From NCBI GenBank assembly GCA_964276515.1, contig OZ193909.1, positions 13,082,001 through 13,146,000 on the forward strand: a DNA stretch of 64,000 nucleotides, read 5' to 3'. Position 1 is the stretch's first letter; every line of letters starts with the position of its first letter. Shown here piece by piece: positions 1 through 13,900 of this stretch. Under the pieces are notes generated by a model. The model searched no databases, had not been told where the DNA came from, and saw only the letters and a list, made by a program, of their open reading frames with translations. Origin of the DNA: Gordius albopunctatus (lineage: Eukaryota). The position numbers and the translations under genes are program-made.

Positions 1-233
1 TACCAATTCAAAAACGAAAAAAAATTTCGAATCACAATTTGGCCAATGGTCAATTTTTTAATTGGTTAGTAGCCAGCGGACGGCCAAAGAGTCATATTAT
101 CAATGGTATTAACAAGAACAATATATTAATTTAAATTTTAAAAAAAAATTTGTCCTCTCCGGGTATCGAATCAGCAAGTCAGAACGTTGAAAGGAAAGAC
201 AACAAAAAGCGAGCCCATAAATTGCATAGCAAT
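1..233 (-). repeat. Terminal part of a Helentron/HINE-like interspersed repeat (same family as 19353-21151)
   Basis: Near-identical to 20933-21151, ending in GCCCATAAATTGCATAGCAAT. Confidence 0.6.
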
Positions 234-496
234 TAAAAATATTGAATTGGGTAGATATAATCATTTAGACAAAATTGTAAAAACTGCGATTAAAGTTTGT
301 TTAATAATATAGCGTCACAAATATTTTGTAAAATATTAATTTATTGATGTTCGTTTTAATTTATAAACTAGTGAGGAGGAAGGTTTATTGACTGTTATAG
401 CGCAAAATACACCAATTGCTCTCTTAAAAATGGAGGAAAATTTGAGACACAATTAACCATATGCATCATATGGCATCATGAGCAATCTATCTAGTC

Positions 497-1165
497 TAGG
501 GCTGCACCGATATTGGTATCGGTATCGGTACCGATACCACAATTTTTTACCGATATCGGTATCGGTTATTAATCGTACCGATACCGATACTTGAAACTTT
601 TTTTTACAAATATTATATTTGTTAGAGCTGTATATCTATATACTTTTTAAATTAAATTTTACTTAATTGCTATTAAATCTAATTTATTTTTTCATTGATT
701 CATTCATTCAAATTTCTACCGCCACATGTAAGTTAGTTCGTATTTACAATTTATAATATAATGTATTTAGGTCTAAATCTAAAAGCAAGTCATTAATTTG
801 GAATTATTTTATAATTGATGAGAACTCAGCGTAAACCCATTAGAATATTGGGCAACAAATAGTTCCGATTTCCCATTATTAGCAACACTGGCCAGAAAAT
901 ATCTGTCGTCACCCGCCGCATCTATCCCTTCTGAATCTATTTTTAGTATAACTGGTGATATCGATAATCCACATAGAAGATCTCTTCTACCTGAGACTAT
1001 CGAAAAATTACTATTTATGAAAAAAAATTTGGAATATTTCAAATAAAGCTTTATAAATATTAACAAGTCTAATTTTTATAAGATGTAAAATATCGGTATC
1101 GGTATATTTATCTAAATATCGGTAGTATCGGTATCGGTTAAAAATTTGGTATCGGTGCAGCCCTA
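497..1165. mobile_element. Non-autonomous hAT MITE
   Basis: TIR TAGGGCTGCACCGATA / TATCGGTGCAGCCCTA; perfect 8-bp TSD ATCTAGTC (489-496, 1166-1173); subterminal (ATCGGT)n arrays. Confidence 0.92.
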
Positions 1166-1511
1166 ATCTAGTCTATGGTTCGGGGAAAAAGTATGTTTGC
1201 AGTTCTCTAGTGAGACTTATAGCCGTTTACTTTATATACGAATAGGGTGGAACTTACTATGTATTTAAATAAGTTGTTAACACTTAAGTAAGCACGTAAT
1301 CTAGGTTGCCATTAGGGCTCTTAGCGTTATCATCTTTATTGTAGAAAATATTCATTGCATAGCTTTAATTCGCAAACTTTTACCTTGTGGTCACTATTAT
1401 AGATGAAACCGGTATTTTATTATTTATCGTATTTTTCATTGTATTTACTTTAACATTGCAAGACAACCGATGATCTCATTGCAAAGGTAAATTAGACTAA
1501 GGTTCCTAGCT

Positions 1512-2092
1512 AAGCGGGCTTTCCGTTTCTGTTCAAAAAGAAATCTCTTCAAAAAAAGCTAATAAAAAAAATCTAGACCCTAAAATGTACTTGATAGTAA
1601 ATTTGAAAATAAAATTTAAATATTGAAAATATAAAAATGGGTTAGATATTCAAAAATAGAATTTTTAACAATAAGATCTAATAATTAGATTTAAATAAGA
1701 TATCTAAAAATAGTATAGATATTCAAAAATGGTATAAAAAATGGGATATTCAAAAATGGTGGGAAAACTCCCGTTAGAAGGTTAAACTAAATTGCGAAAG
1801 AATCTTAAATCCATGGATTAATCTAAATTGCGGGAGGATACGTTTAAATTCTCAATTACGTATTATGCACTATACGCAGAAATTGCCAATTATTCCTAAA
1901 TTTACATTAGATTGTATGCACTATACGTCGAAATTGCCAAATGTTACTATTAATTTATTAGCATTTTTTCTGATCAGCTTTTTTTGAAGAGCTTTATTTT
2001 TGAACACATTTTAGGGTCTAAATTTTTTATTAACTTTTTTTCTGATCAGCTTTTTCTTTGAAGAGCTTTTTTTTTCAATAAGAATCAGGCTT
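1512..2092. mobile_element. Degraded long-TIR (foldback/Mutator-like) non-autonomous element
   Basis: CTCTTCAAAAAAAGCT...TAGACCCTAAAATGT near 1546-1588 is mirrored by ACATTTTAGGGTCTA and AGCTTTTTTTGAAGAG near 1976-2065; no TSD resolved. Confidence 0.5.
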
Positions 2093-4029
2093 TCATAAGA
2101 GTTGAAAAGTATTAGCATACCGAGGCTTTGAAATAATAATAAAAACTAATTTAAAATATTTTTCACATTTTTAAATTTTTATTCGACTTTTACTTTAAAT
2201 GCATCACAAAATTTTAACCTTAACCCTACCCAAAATTGAACCTCTATTTACAGCCAGAATTTGACGATATTATTAATAAATTTTTTATTAACTTGATTCG
2301 ACAAAATTATTCATAGAAAAAGCTTTTATTTTTAAAATAGCCCCAAACAAAGCCATATAAATCATGTGCTTATATACACAGAGACACTGCCCCTGCCTTA
2401 ATTCAAAAATCTCACAATTTTAACAATTTGTAATTTTATCCTTCTTCCACAACCGGTGACCCCAAGTGCAAAACAAATGTTTCATTTCAGTAGATTTTAA
2501 GGATGTTGTGCAGCAGGGGCAGTATACAAATGAAACAATTTTTAAACAAAATATTAATTAATTTAACATTATGGAGCCAGTATCACGTTTTTAAATGTCC
2601 GAACTTATTTTGTACTATATTAGTTTTAAAAAAAGTCATTTGTCTACTAATCACGTTGTTTTTTGACAACTGTTTTTAAGAGACCTTGTAATTGGTTCAT
2701 TATGTACTTTGGGAAAATTAAGATATTTAAACGCTTATATCTCAATCAAATACAATGGAAATCGTTAAATCCAACACGATTTCCATACACGGATCAATGC
2801 CATCCGTTTAGTTATAGCGCGTTTTTTAAAATATTTTTTAGTCGTGTATGTAATTTTTTGTATACCATTTAATAAATTTACATGGTAAAAAAATTATAAA
2901 AATAAATTTAATATAGTGTGTATCAAAGTTCGGCTAATCTATCCCTAAATGATGTCAAATGATCTATAAAAAAAGCTAAAACGATTTCAGATAGCGTTTA
3001 AAAATTCCCTCATTATATGCCATCCTTTTAATCTCTCTCTCTTACATAACATAAAAACATTTATAATGACTACTGAAACCGGTGTTCAAACTCTCTTAAG
3101 ATTTATGGTTCAACTCGGACTCAAATTCTAATGACGACATAAATTCCAAGATCATGACTTAAAAGTGACAAAATGTTATCATAAGCGTCGCGACCTTCCT
3201 TCTAACACTCTTATGATTTATTAAACTCCACCTCTGACTAAATTTTAATCGCACACGAAAGAGTGTGCGTGTGTATCAATTTTCAATTACACACCATTCA
3301 CGATAATTATCAATAAATCAATTGCAATACGATCTTGAGAATCGCTGACTAGCGAGAGAAAAATTTATCGGAATTCTTTAAAAGTGATTTTTTAAATAAG
3401 GATGCTAGATAAAGTTCTGTAAGAGATATCACGTCGAGGATTATAATAGGCGCCGCCGTCAAATTATTTGGGTCAAAATGTCTAATTCACGTTTTTAAAT
3501 TGTTTTACTTCGGAATTATTTAATGATCCCTGACTAAATTAATGACTAAACATTCGAAAATTTTATAGGAGTTTTTATCTAATAATATTATGTTCACAGG
3601 CTTGTGTCAAAAGGGTCTTTAACTGGCACATTTAAGGGTAAAAAAAAATAACTCAATTATATATATATGACCTAAAAACGAAAAACAAATATATTTCATT
3701 TCTTATATTGAATGATCAGAGGAGTTTCTTTAGTCCGAAAGGAGTGAGATATTATAAAATTTCGGGGAAAGGTGGAACATGATAATTTTTAGTTAAAATG
3801 ATCATTATGCATGTTCATTAGTTCCATTTTTCCATCCAATCCGGAAAGGGGATTTAGTTGATTCAAGAGGTTTTCCCATGCGCCCAATGCGAAAGAAATT
3901 TTGGGGACATTTTTGAATCCCTAAAAAACAAATTAATAATTTTTAGTTCTTGAACGAATTTAATAAATTAGAAGCACTACGCAATTGCATATTATAAAAA
4001 TTGCGTAGCAATTAATTATGTATTTTAAT

Positions 4030-4790
4030 TAGTGCTGTAAACATTTGTAAAAAAATCGAACGCGTTCGCGTTCAACGTTCATTGACAAAAATCTAACGGG
4101 TTCACGTTCACGTTCGTTCAAAATTTTATGATAAATTTTTTAAAAATTTAATTTAATATAAATAAATGTCTTATATTTTTTAATACAATAAATAGCCATG
4201 ATAAAAAATAATATTTTTATTTCGACAATATAATTATAAAGCAATATAATCTATTTTATTTTTTATTTTTAATAATAATTGTTATTCAAAATGGTCGTCT
4301 GATAAGCAGGAACGCTTGGCAGTTAATACAGCATTAGCTATACTAAAAACCCGCTCCACAGAGACAGATGAGGGGATTGGAGTATTATACTTAAAAAACA
4401 AATTTTTTAAAGGGGGAAATTTATTAAAAACTTTTAATGTTTTGTCCCTCGCTTCAAAAAATTGCGACAAGATATCATCCTCCAATCCGCCCTCTACTTC
4501 CTCGTCAAAAAATGATATCTCGGAATTGACAGCTCTTTAATTCTAGGGGTTTCAATCCCTTTTTTCAATAACACTAAAAGTTTATTCTTTAAAGATTCAT
4601 TTTCTCAAAGTTTAATCCAAGGCCACCTTGATACAGAGATAATACTTTTTGGACACATTTTGCATTTGATAATTATTGAATTCGATCCTTTATATGAAAC
4701 GAGTGAAAAATATTTTTCATATTTTGGCCATGGCAATTTCAATTCATCTGCTGATTTTGAATATTCAGAATCTGAAGATGACGACGATAT
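4030..4790 (-). mobile_element. Internally deleted hAT transposon remnant (BED-finger fragment plus hATC dimerisation domain)
   Basis: TAGTGCTG terminus with (CGTT) subterminal repeats; ORF 4282-4485 TPIPSSVSVERVFS...KRSCLSDDHFE is the hAT C-terminal motif; 4605-4760 WPKYEKYF...KCKMCPK is BED-like. Confidence 0.8.
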
Positions 4791-6826
4791 AATATTATGA
4801 TTGTCTATATTAACCAAGCGCGTATCCAGGATTTTCCCAAGGGGGTAGAAAATTCCCAATTTTTCAAAAACATTTTTATTTCAATAAATTATTTAGGAGA
4901 TGGGGGTTTGGGGCGGAACACCCAACGGGGGTCTGGGGGCGAAGGGCGTATTTTTCTATTCACTCATATTATTAATAATGCTTTTCATTTTTTACTGCTA
5001 TAGTTGCAGCAGGCTTATTAAATCTTTAAAATATATTTTAGTAGCTTAGGCTCATAACGATTCATCGGGAGTTAGCCCCAACTCCTGATGAAATTCTTGA
5101 TGTCTTATCTTTTGACAAAAGAAATAAAAAATATACACCGCTTTTGTATTTATATTAATTACTAGGTTTAGATGTAGAAGGATCGGATAATTTCATAGGG
5201 AAATAATGCTCCAAATTTCTTTTTTTCATTGTAATGCAAGTGAATAAACGATATCGGAAAATGAGAATAATGGTTAATTGGCTTTTTGTCGAAATTCAAT
5301 TCAGAAATAAAAAAGTATATATCGGTATTTATTTATAAATGTCATTTTGAATCAGTTACACAGCTATAGAATAAAAACTTTCTATCTAAAAATATCTTAT
5401 TTTTTAATAAAAAAATTATTAAGTTGCGCTATGAATCAAACAAAGTCGTTGCGTTCTCCCCAATATTGCCAACTAATTGACTTTTTAAAAAATCAAATTT
5501 GACCTTTAAATATATTTTGTCATTGGATATTCATGAGCATAGTCAGCGTTGGGATTAGAGGGGGGCAATAACGATTTAGGGAGGGGCAAAATATCATTTT
5601 TTGAAATGTTAGCTATATTTTTAATAAATTCCAACAAATTTTTCGATTTGGAGCGGGCAGCCGCCTCTCCCTGCCCCCATGAAGATTTTGACTAGGACTA
5701 AACTCAAAATTCTATTTTCTTGACATTTGCTTTTCTACACCCAGAAAATGCATTATCGTTTAAAGACAAATTAGCCACCTATTAATTCCACGTTCAATAG
5801 AAGTTGAATAAAATAGTGTTTTATTAAATATGGAAATATCGTAGCAATTCTCGGTTCATATCTGCTCTTTATATTAAAAATTATTTGAATTATATTGTAA
5901 AAAGTTTATGATCGTCAAAAAATTTTTCTTGATACTTCCATTAAACCCAAGAGAACATCAATCATCCTATTAAATATATTTTTATAATAATTAAAATGTC
6001 ATTTAATGATTGATTTTATTAAAAAAGTTAGTAAGTCTAATAACGATCAATTTGTTTTTAATGCTATAATAAATTATAAAGAAACCCGATCTCTTACACT
6101 ATGCTTAATTAAAAATTGTCATATAGCATTTGCCAAAAGGCTACATGTGATGCAAAATATCTTAAGGCGAATTAAATATAAGAAATAGAGAATTGAATTA
6201 TTACATGTTAACATTTTAATGAAAATTTATATAAAGACTTGTAAAATTTAAGAGCTTGTAAACTTGTGATTAAATCTAGAAATTTTTTTTAATTATTTAC
6301 GAAAATAGAATTTTAACACATCTTAATATATACGTTTAGTAATGGTTAAGGAATGGACAAAGAGATATATTTTTAAAATATTCCCATAATTTTGTTTAAT
6401 ATATCAAAAAATTTTAATTAAAGACATTTGTTAATTCCCGCCTTAGCCTGGCTCCGCCAATGGAGGAAGGAATTTTATAAAGCGAGCATTTAACGTTTTT
6501 TAATTAAGGCCAACTATTGATAAAATTTGGTAATTTGATACATTTATTATATATAATTAAGCGACTTTAAAAAGAAAACTGTGCTTTTGAGCAAATATTT
6601 GGCAAATGGACTAGAAATATTAATTAATGTAATAAATATATTAATTCTGTTTTCCTTTATAGGTTATAGTTAAGTTCGTTTAAGTGAATTGAAGTTTGCA
6701 TATTTTAAAGATACCTATAAATGAAATATGTATTTAATTGTTTTTCAAAGAAGGACTGTTGTCAAACAAAGTTTTATCACCTTAAAATAATTTTTGACGA
6801 TTGAATATAAGATTTATTCAACAGAT

Positions 6827-7085
6827 CATTGGCGTAGTGAGGGGGTGGGTTTCGGGTTAAAACCCCTCCCATGATTTTCAATTTATATAATTTTTATATT
6901 TAATAAAAATAAATTTTTGTTCGAATTGTATACTCTTAGTATTTTATTATATTTACGCTATTGTCACTATAAACTTTTAGGGGAAAGAACATTTTTATTC
7001 AAAAAAATAGTTACAAAAAAATTTAACCTTGATAATTTTATAACCTCCCCCCCCCCTTGAGGAAATCATAGTTACGACGCCTATG
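6827..7085. mobile_element. hAT MITE (CATGGGCGTAG-type TIR family)
   Basis: CATTGGCGTAG...ACGCCTATG termini; perfect 8-bp TSD CAACAGAT. Confidence 0.85.
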
Positions 7086-8149
7086 CAACAGATTGATATT
7101 ACCTGAAAGATTTTTTTACCAAAGGAGCGTCTATGTTTTTAAGTTTACCAAGTATATTAATATTAAGAAGTTGACTTGTGATTAACTATAAATGTCTTTG
7201 CCAGAGCATATGTTAAAATTCCCTGGTAAGTCCTCTTAGGAGCGCTAACTGCATGCCAAATTTATATCATATTTTCAAAAAAGATGATTTTTAGCCTTTA
7301 GGAAATTGCTTGTATGCCATAGATTTTATGTTATACTTGACGGACTGTTACATATGAAACCAACAGCAATAGACATAAATAACTATTAAAGCAGCTGCCA
7401 CATTGAAAATAAAACATGCTAAAGAAAATTTCTATTTATATATGATTTGTTGTTAATATTTATGGCTAAAATTTTAAAAATGATCATTTAATTGCAATGC
7501 TGGCCACGCCCATGAGTAGTGGGGTGCAAAAACCTTGGTAATGGAAGGGGCAAAAATTAATTTTATTAAAATTATTATTTATAATTATATAATATGTTTA
7601 TACTTTAGGGGCGCTTTATTTTCTAGCCACCCCAATATAGTTTAATAGTTTCATTGTATCATGGCTCAGGGTTTGTTTCACAAAAAACTGTAGGGGGAGG
7701 CAAGGAACCGGGGGAACATCTCTTCTCTCCCCTTCCCCGAAAGAATTTGAGTGAATGACGTTCAAACTTTTATTTTTAAACATTCTACCAGGTAACCACA
7801 CCCTACCACGGAGTGAATTTTTAAAGAGCATGCTATGTTAAACCTTTTAATTTCAAATAAGGGTGATAGCTTAAAGCTACCGGGCCAGTATTTAAAGCGT
7901 TATTTCATTTAATACGACTTCTGTTAAAAAGATCTATTGTTAAGATTCCGTCTACCTTAGGCGTCGTCTACCTTACGCAAGGTTAATACAATCTAGGTGT
8001 CGTGTGAGTAAATGTCGAGAACAGACTATGGCTCGTTGCACATCTAACATCATTGTCACGATCTGTAAATCAATGTGCAAAAAGTGGAGGGTTGACGCCA
8101 GGTCGGAAACCGGCTGCAAATACCCTCTCCAAATTCATGATCGTTTCAA

Positions 8150-8415
8150 ATTAACTTTACAGCAGAGGTATACGAAAATCGGCAAAGATGGTTGGTATAA
8201 CCATATACTAATAAGGGAGTCTGATGATCTAAATCGGATGGTTTCGGATGAAGGGGAAGAGAGATAAAAGACGACCACATGTCGCATGGAAAGGGCAAGT
8301 GGACAAAGTTATAAAAATAAGAAGATAAACCCGGACATTCGATCAAGATGGAGAAACTCATCAAAACAAACCTCACAATTATGGGACCAAGTACGCGTTG
8401 AAGAAGAAGAAGATT
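8150..8415 (+). mobile_element. Degenerate 3' fragment of an RTE-clade LINE
   Basis: Frameshifted WYNHI...GKR..RRP..AW...RSRWR motifs typical of the RTE C-terminus; (GAA)n tail; related to 36250-36600. Confidence 0.6.
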
Positions 8416-9726
8416 TGACTGTATCTACCCAGGGGGCAGAAATTGTTAGCTGGCCCCTCCCGATCCTTTAATTCAATAAATAATACTGGAAAATTTTAAA
8501 AAACTATAATTCTTTTCATCCCAAAGTATTACCTATCACTTTTTGCAGCCCGGCTCTAATGGCTCCATAGGCGTAGCCAGGATTGGGATTAGAGGGGGGC
8601 AATAATGATTTAGGGAGGGGCAAAATGATAATTTTTTGAAGTTTAAGCCATAATTTTAATAAATTTTAACAGTTTTTTGGATGTAGAACTAAACATATTA
8701 AAATGGCAGGGGAGTATGTTAGTGCGTCGAAAGCTACCCATTTCTAGTTACAATCCTCTAAGTTATATTTATTTAATTAAAATGCATCCGTTTATTTAAG
8801 TAATCGCACCTTTAATTCGAAATATTGGTGAGTCATTTCAGGATTTAATTATTTTTTTATATTTTTTTTTAAATTTGATCAAAAATTACAAGCCAGTATT
8901 ACCCTGAGACTGCTGGTGAAGGGTTGTTTTAATCGTATTTATTATTATGCTTTATTGAAAATCAAATCCAAAAGAGAATGTGGCTGATGCCAAAATGTAA
9001 ATTAGACTAAATTTGGACAAATGTTAAAAGTAAATAGACTCAGACCCACACTGGACTTAATATGTTACATTTTATGAAAATATTAAAAAATTTATAAAAT
9101 AGTAACTCCTGTTTGAATCCATTAGAGTTGTGCATTTAAAATGATTATAATATATTTTATTACTTTATTAATTTTTGTTTATTTATATCATCTAGTTCAA
9201 TCACCAACAATGTAATAAAATCGTCGAATAAAAGTAATTAAACGAAATTTCATTTTAATTATTTATATATTTATGCCCAATACGACATGCTATTATTTTT
9301 TAATTTGGTACTTATCTATCTAGATGATCAAATAGTGGGTTTAAAATATCAATTATTATGACTACTTTTTGTTGAAACCAGGTGCTTCGGTAGCATTTAA
9401 TCCTTTGTTGTGACAAAGTATAGATTTGAAAGTGGCATTAAAAGCTATTTTATAATTACATCTTTAGCCTTTTCCTTAAATATTCATTTTTAAAAAATAT
9501 AATTATGTTAGTAAACTGGATGGATTTTATGATCTATAAATATTTTACAATTATCCTGGTAGGTAAAGTTTAAAATTTATTTGGAAAAACTATTTTTATA
9601 AGACCTTTATTCGTGGATATTGAATTATTTCATTTTTTAAAGACACTTCACTTGAAATAATTATATTAGTAACCCCGATTTCGAAATAGTTTGGAAACTA
9701 CAAATTAAGTTATATCTCTCTCTACC

Positions 9727-10699
9727 CATAGGCGCCATCATTGTATTTAGAGGGGGGGGGCAAAAATGATTTAGGGGGGGGGGGGGCAAAAGGAATATAT
9801 TCTGAAATTTTAGCCATAATTTTAAACAATTTCGACAAATTTTTTGATTTAGAGGGGGGGGCAGCTGCCCCTCCCTGCCCCTGCCCCTTTGGCTACGTCC
9901 AAATTATATTGGTTGTAAAAGATAGAGTTGACCATGGGTTTAGCCGGGATTGGATTTAGAGGGGGGGGCAACAATGATTTAGGGAGGGGCATAATGATAA
10001 TATTTTGAAATATCCATAATATTTATCCATACATTTTTAAGGTATATTTATTATAGAGTTTCGCATAATTACTTATCTTATAAAACAATAAATAACCATA
10101 GAATTTGGCGTGTTTTAATCGATTTTATTGTGTGATCAGGTTTAATCTTCTAATCTATTTACAAAACTCAAATATTTTTAGGTGGAATTTTAAACCCGCA
10201 TTTTAACGTTGACATGGTTTAGGGTTAATCTTTAGATAATATTAAAGCATATGTTATTGCTATCGTATTGTATAAAAAGATAACCCAATTAATTCAAACA
10301 AGAGATAAATCCAAGGTGTTTGAACGTTTTTATAAAATGAGCTTTCATTATAGGCTCATCAGTTGATGACAATAAATTGTAAACATCAAAGTAAGCCCAT
10401 GGGTATTGCCCCCTCCTCTTAAATTCAATATAATTTGTTTAAAATTTTCAAAAAACTTTATTTGCCCCACTCAATAGATTTGAAACTCCTTGCCCCCCGC
10501 CATGCGCCCATGGGTAGGCCTCCACCCATGGGCGTAGCCAGCATCGACATTCGAGGGGGGGGGCAATAATGATTTAGGGATGGGCAATAATGATCATTTT
10601 TAAATTTTTTGTCATAATTTTGATAAATTTTACCAAATTTTTGAATTCAGAGGGGGGCACCCGCCCCTCCCTGCCCCCCTCCCCTTGGCTACGCTAATG
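9727..10699. mobile_element. Cluster of at least four short hAT MITEs/fragments (9727-9900, ~9933-10015, 10398-10512, 10527-10699)
   Basis: CATGGGCGTAGCCAG-like TIRs, G/C homopolymer tracts, degenerate 8-bp TSDs (AGTAAGCC/GGTAGGCC; CCTCCACC/CCTCAAAC). Confidence 0.75.
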
Positions 10700-10971
10700 C
10701 CTCAAACCTATAAATCCTCTCGCGCCCGCCCCCTCTGCTCTGCCTTTTATTCTTCTTGAAAGCAAACGCAGCACTCATAAATTGGGTCTCTCTCCCCTGG
10801 TTATATAAAACCCATCCAATCGATTTCAATGGCAGTACTCATACCTACATGAGTGTTATTATATTTTACCGATATTATTAATTAATGTTTAAACCGAACT
10901 ATCATTGTAGCGTCGTGAATAAAATCGGACTTTCAAATTCTTTCAGCTACGGTAGGTGAAATAAAAGGTAG

Positions 10972-13900
10972 ATGGATAAGTTTGCTTATAATCAGAGCTT
11001 TGTCGCGTTTACTACCTCGACATCACTTCCACCGTATTGGTTGTCATCGGTGTCGTCGTCTACAACTTTGCGAGACATTGTCGATCCGAGAATCATCAAA
11101 AAAATAGAAATGATGAAATATTTTACCTATGTTCCCATAGTTTCTTTGTTCGTCATTCTAGGACTTTTTGGAAATTCTTGTATAATCGCTGTCTGCATGC
11201 TACAACGGACACTCTCCACGGGATACACGTATGTTTACTTACCTCCTTAATAATTATGTATCCAAAAATTGTTTTTAAAGGCTATTATGGAGCCAGGGGG
11301 TATGGCTACGCTCATGATGGCTATATCTAAAGGTTATTTGAAGGTTTAACCATTTTATTACTTTTTGATTAAATTTAAAGTCAGACTCTTGCATGGGCGT
11401 AGCCAGCTTTCGGATCAGGGGGGGGGGCGAGCAAAAAAAATCGCCGAGACTAAGTGAGAGCAAAAAAAAAAAAAAAGGTCGCCAAGACCTTTTTTTGGTA
11501 TTTAACGTTAGTAATTAAACTATTTTGCTATTCTTTGGCCTCAACCCACATAAAAACTCATTGGCGAGGCAAAAAAAATCGCCGAGACTAAGTGAGAGCA
11601 AAAAAAAAAAAAAAAGGTCGCCAAGACCTTTTTTTGGTATTTAACGTTAGTAATTAAAATATTTTGCTATTCTTTGGCCTCAATTATTAATCAACAGTAC
11701 AGTGTACAGAGGATATGTAAACGATGTATGAAGGAACTAACACAAACGCAACTACTAATCTCAATAATAATTTAAATTTGCGTCAAAAGTTCGTGAAATA
11801 AAATTTTCAACATAAAACTTAATTTCAATCAGGGGGGGGCGAAACACTAATTTTTTCCAATTTTTACATAAATTTACATTAAAAAATAGAAAAATTCTCA
11901 TTCAGGGGGGGGCGGCCGCCCCCCCCCCTGCCCCCCCCCCTGCCTACGCCCATGGACTCTTGGTATAAATAGTTTATTACAAATCCGTTTTCAACGCTAA
12001 GGTGTTAGATAAAGGCCAAAAGTGCTAGTTAGTTTTTATTCGATTATTATTAGGAATTGAATTAAATATTTAGCATAAGCAGCAGGTTGTTGCCCAATAC
12101 AATTCCCTTGAGAGTTTATTCATTAGTTAATTTGTTATGATTCAACAAATTACATATTGGTATTATTCCTATGTTATCTATTTCTATATATATAAAGTAA
12201 AGTCTATGTATGTATGATGTGTGTATGTATGTAAGGGCTAAATTCTGAAACTACTGGCCCGATTCGTGCGAAAATTAAACCGTAGATGCCCAGGGCGGCC
12301 AGGGGTAAAATATTTTTTTCAGAATCCTAAAATTCCTTTTAGTTTTTAAAATATGGGCCTTTTAGTTTTAAAAAATGGCTTAATTCTAAAACTACCGGCC
12401 CGATTCGCGCGAAAATTTAGCCGTAGATGCCCAGGGATGCCAGGGGTAAAATAGCTTTTTCAGAATCCTAAAATACCTTTTCGTTTTAAAAATATCGCAC
12501 ATTTCCCGGTCAGTTTAATTTATAGCAGCATATACAATAAAGACGTCATATATACTTGGCTGAAGTTTTCTCGAATTAGATATTTAAAAGTATAACAAAA
12601 ATGTTACAGTATACGGTCAAAATTATTTGGGTTTAATCAACTATTTAAATTAAATAAATAAAATTTAAATTAATAGCTTTTGCAGAATCCTAAAATTCCT
12701 TTTAGTTTTAAAAAAGGGATAAATTCTGAAACTATCGGCCCAATTGGCTCGAAACTTTACCCCTAGGTTCCCAGGGCGACCAGGGGTAAAATAGCTTTTT
12801 CAGATTCCTAAAATACCTTTTCGTTTTAAAAATATCGCACATTTCCCGGTCAGTTTAATTTATAGCATCATATACAATAATGACGTCATACATAGAAGGC
12901 TGAACTTTTCTCGAATTAGATATTTAAAAGTATAACAAAAATGTTACAGTATACGGTCAAAATTATTTGGGTTTAATCAACTATTTAAATTAAATAAATA
13001 ATATTTAAATTAATAGCTTTTGCAGAATCCTAAAATTCCTTTTAGTTTTAAAAAAGGGATAAATTCTGAAACTATCGGCCCAATTGGCTCGAAACTTTAC
13101 CCCTAGGTTCCCAGGGCGACCAGGGGTAAAATAGCTTTTTCACAATCCTAAAATACCTTTTTGTTTTAAAAATATCGCACATTTCCCGGCCAGTTTCATT
13201 TATAGCATCATATACAATAATGACGTCATACATAGAAGGCTGAACTTTTCTCGAATTAGATATTTAAAAGTTTAATAAAAATGTTACAGTATACGGTCAA
13301 AATTATTGGTGTTTAACAAACTATTTAAATTAAATAAATAATATTTAAATTATTATCACGTGGTCGATCATAGAAGCATATTTTTAATAATTATCCATCC
13401 TTCAATTATTTATTTTATTATATTAAAGAAAATTGTATTTCAAATAAATCAGCTAACTAGAAAAATAAAATAATGGTATTATTGTATATAAAGTAATAGC
13501 ATTGATCAGCAATTTTTTCAAAAACATTTAATTTTAGTCGGATTTGATGACTAAAACAGAATTCGCATTTGGTTTGTCTTATTATATATATACTAAAAAT
13601 AGTGGGTTCATAAAATCCATGTCGTGATAAAATTCGTGGTCTAAATAAATATTATGGATATTTTATTTATTTGAATTATTATTTAATATATGCCCACCCC
13701 ATTTTAGATAAGTAGTCTTATTAATAGGTTACACTTATTTAACCACTTAAGGACTGAGTCAAAGCAACGCTTGGCCGGGCACAGCTAGTTAATTTATAAA
13801 TGGAGATGTTAAAAATTGTAAGCAAAAATTATCAAAAAAATATGCATTGCCCCACTACCTTTTGAACAAAACTATAGTAGCTTATTCTTTAAAATTTACA

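Noticed and set aside
2386..2523. 11-bp inverted repeat ACTGCCCCTGC as a MITE
   Set aside because: No TSD and no second copy in the window; probably part of a decayed element
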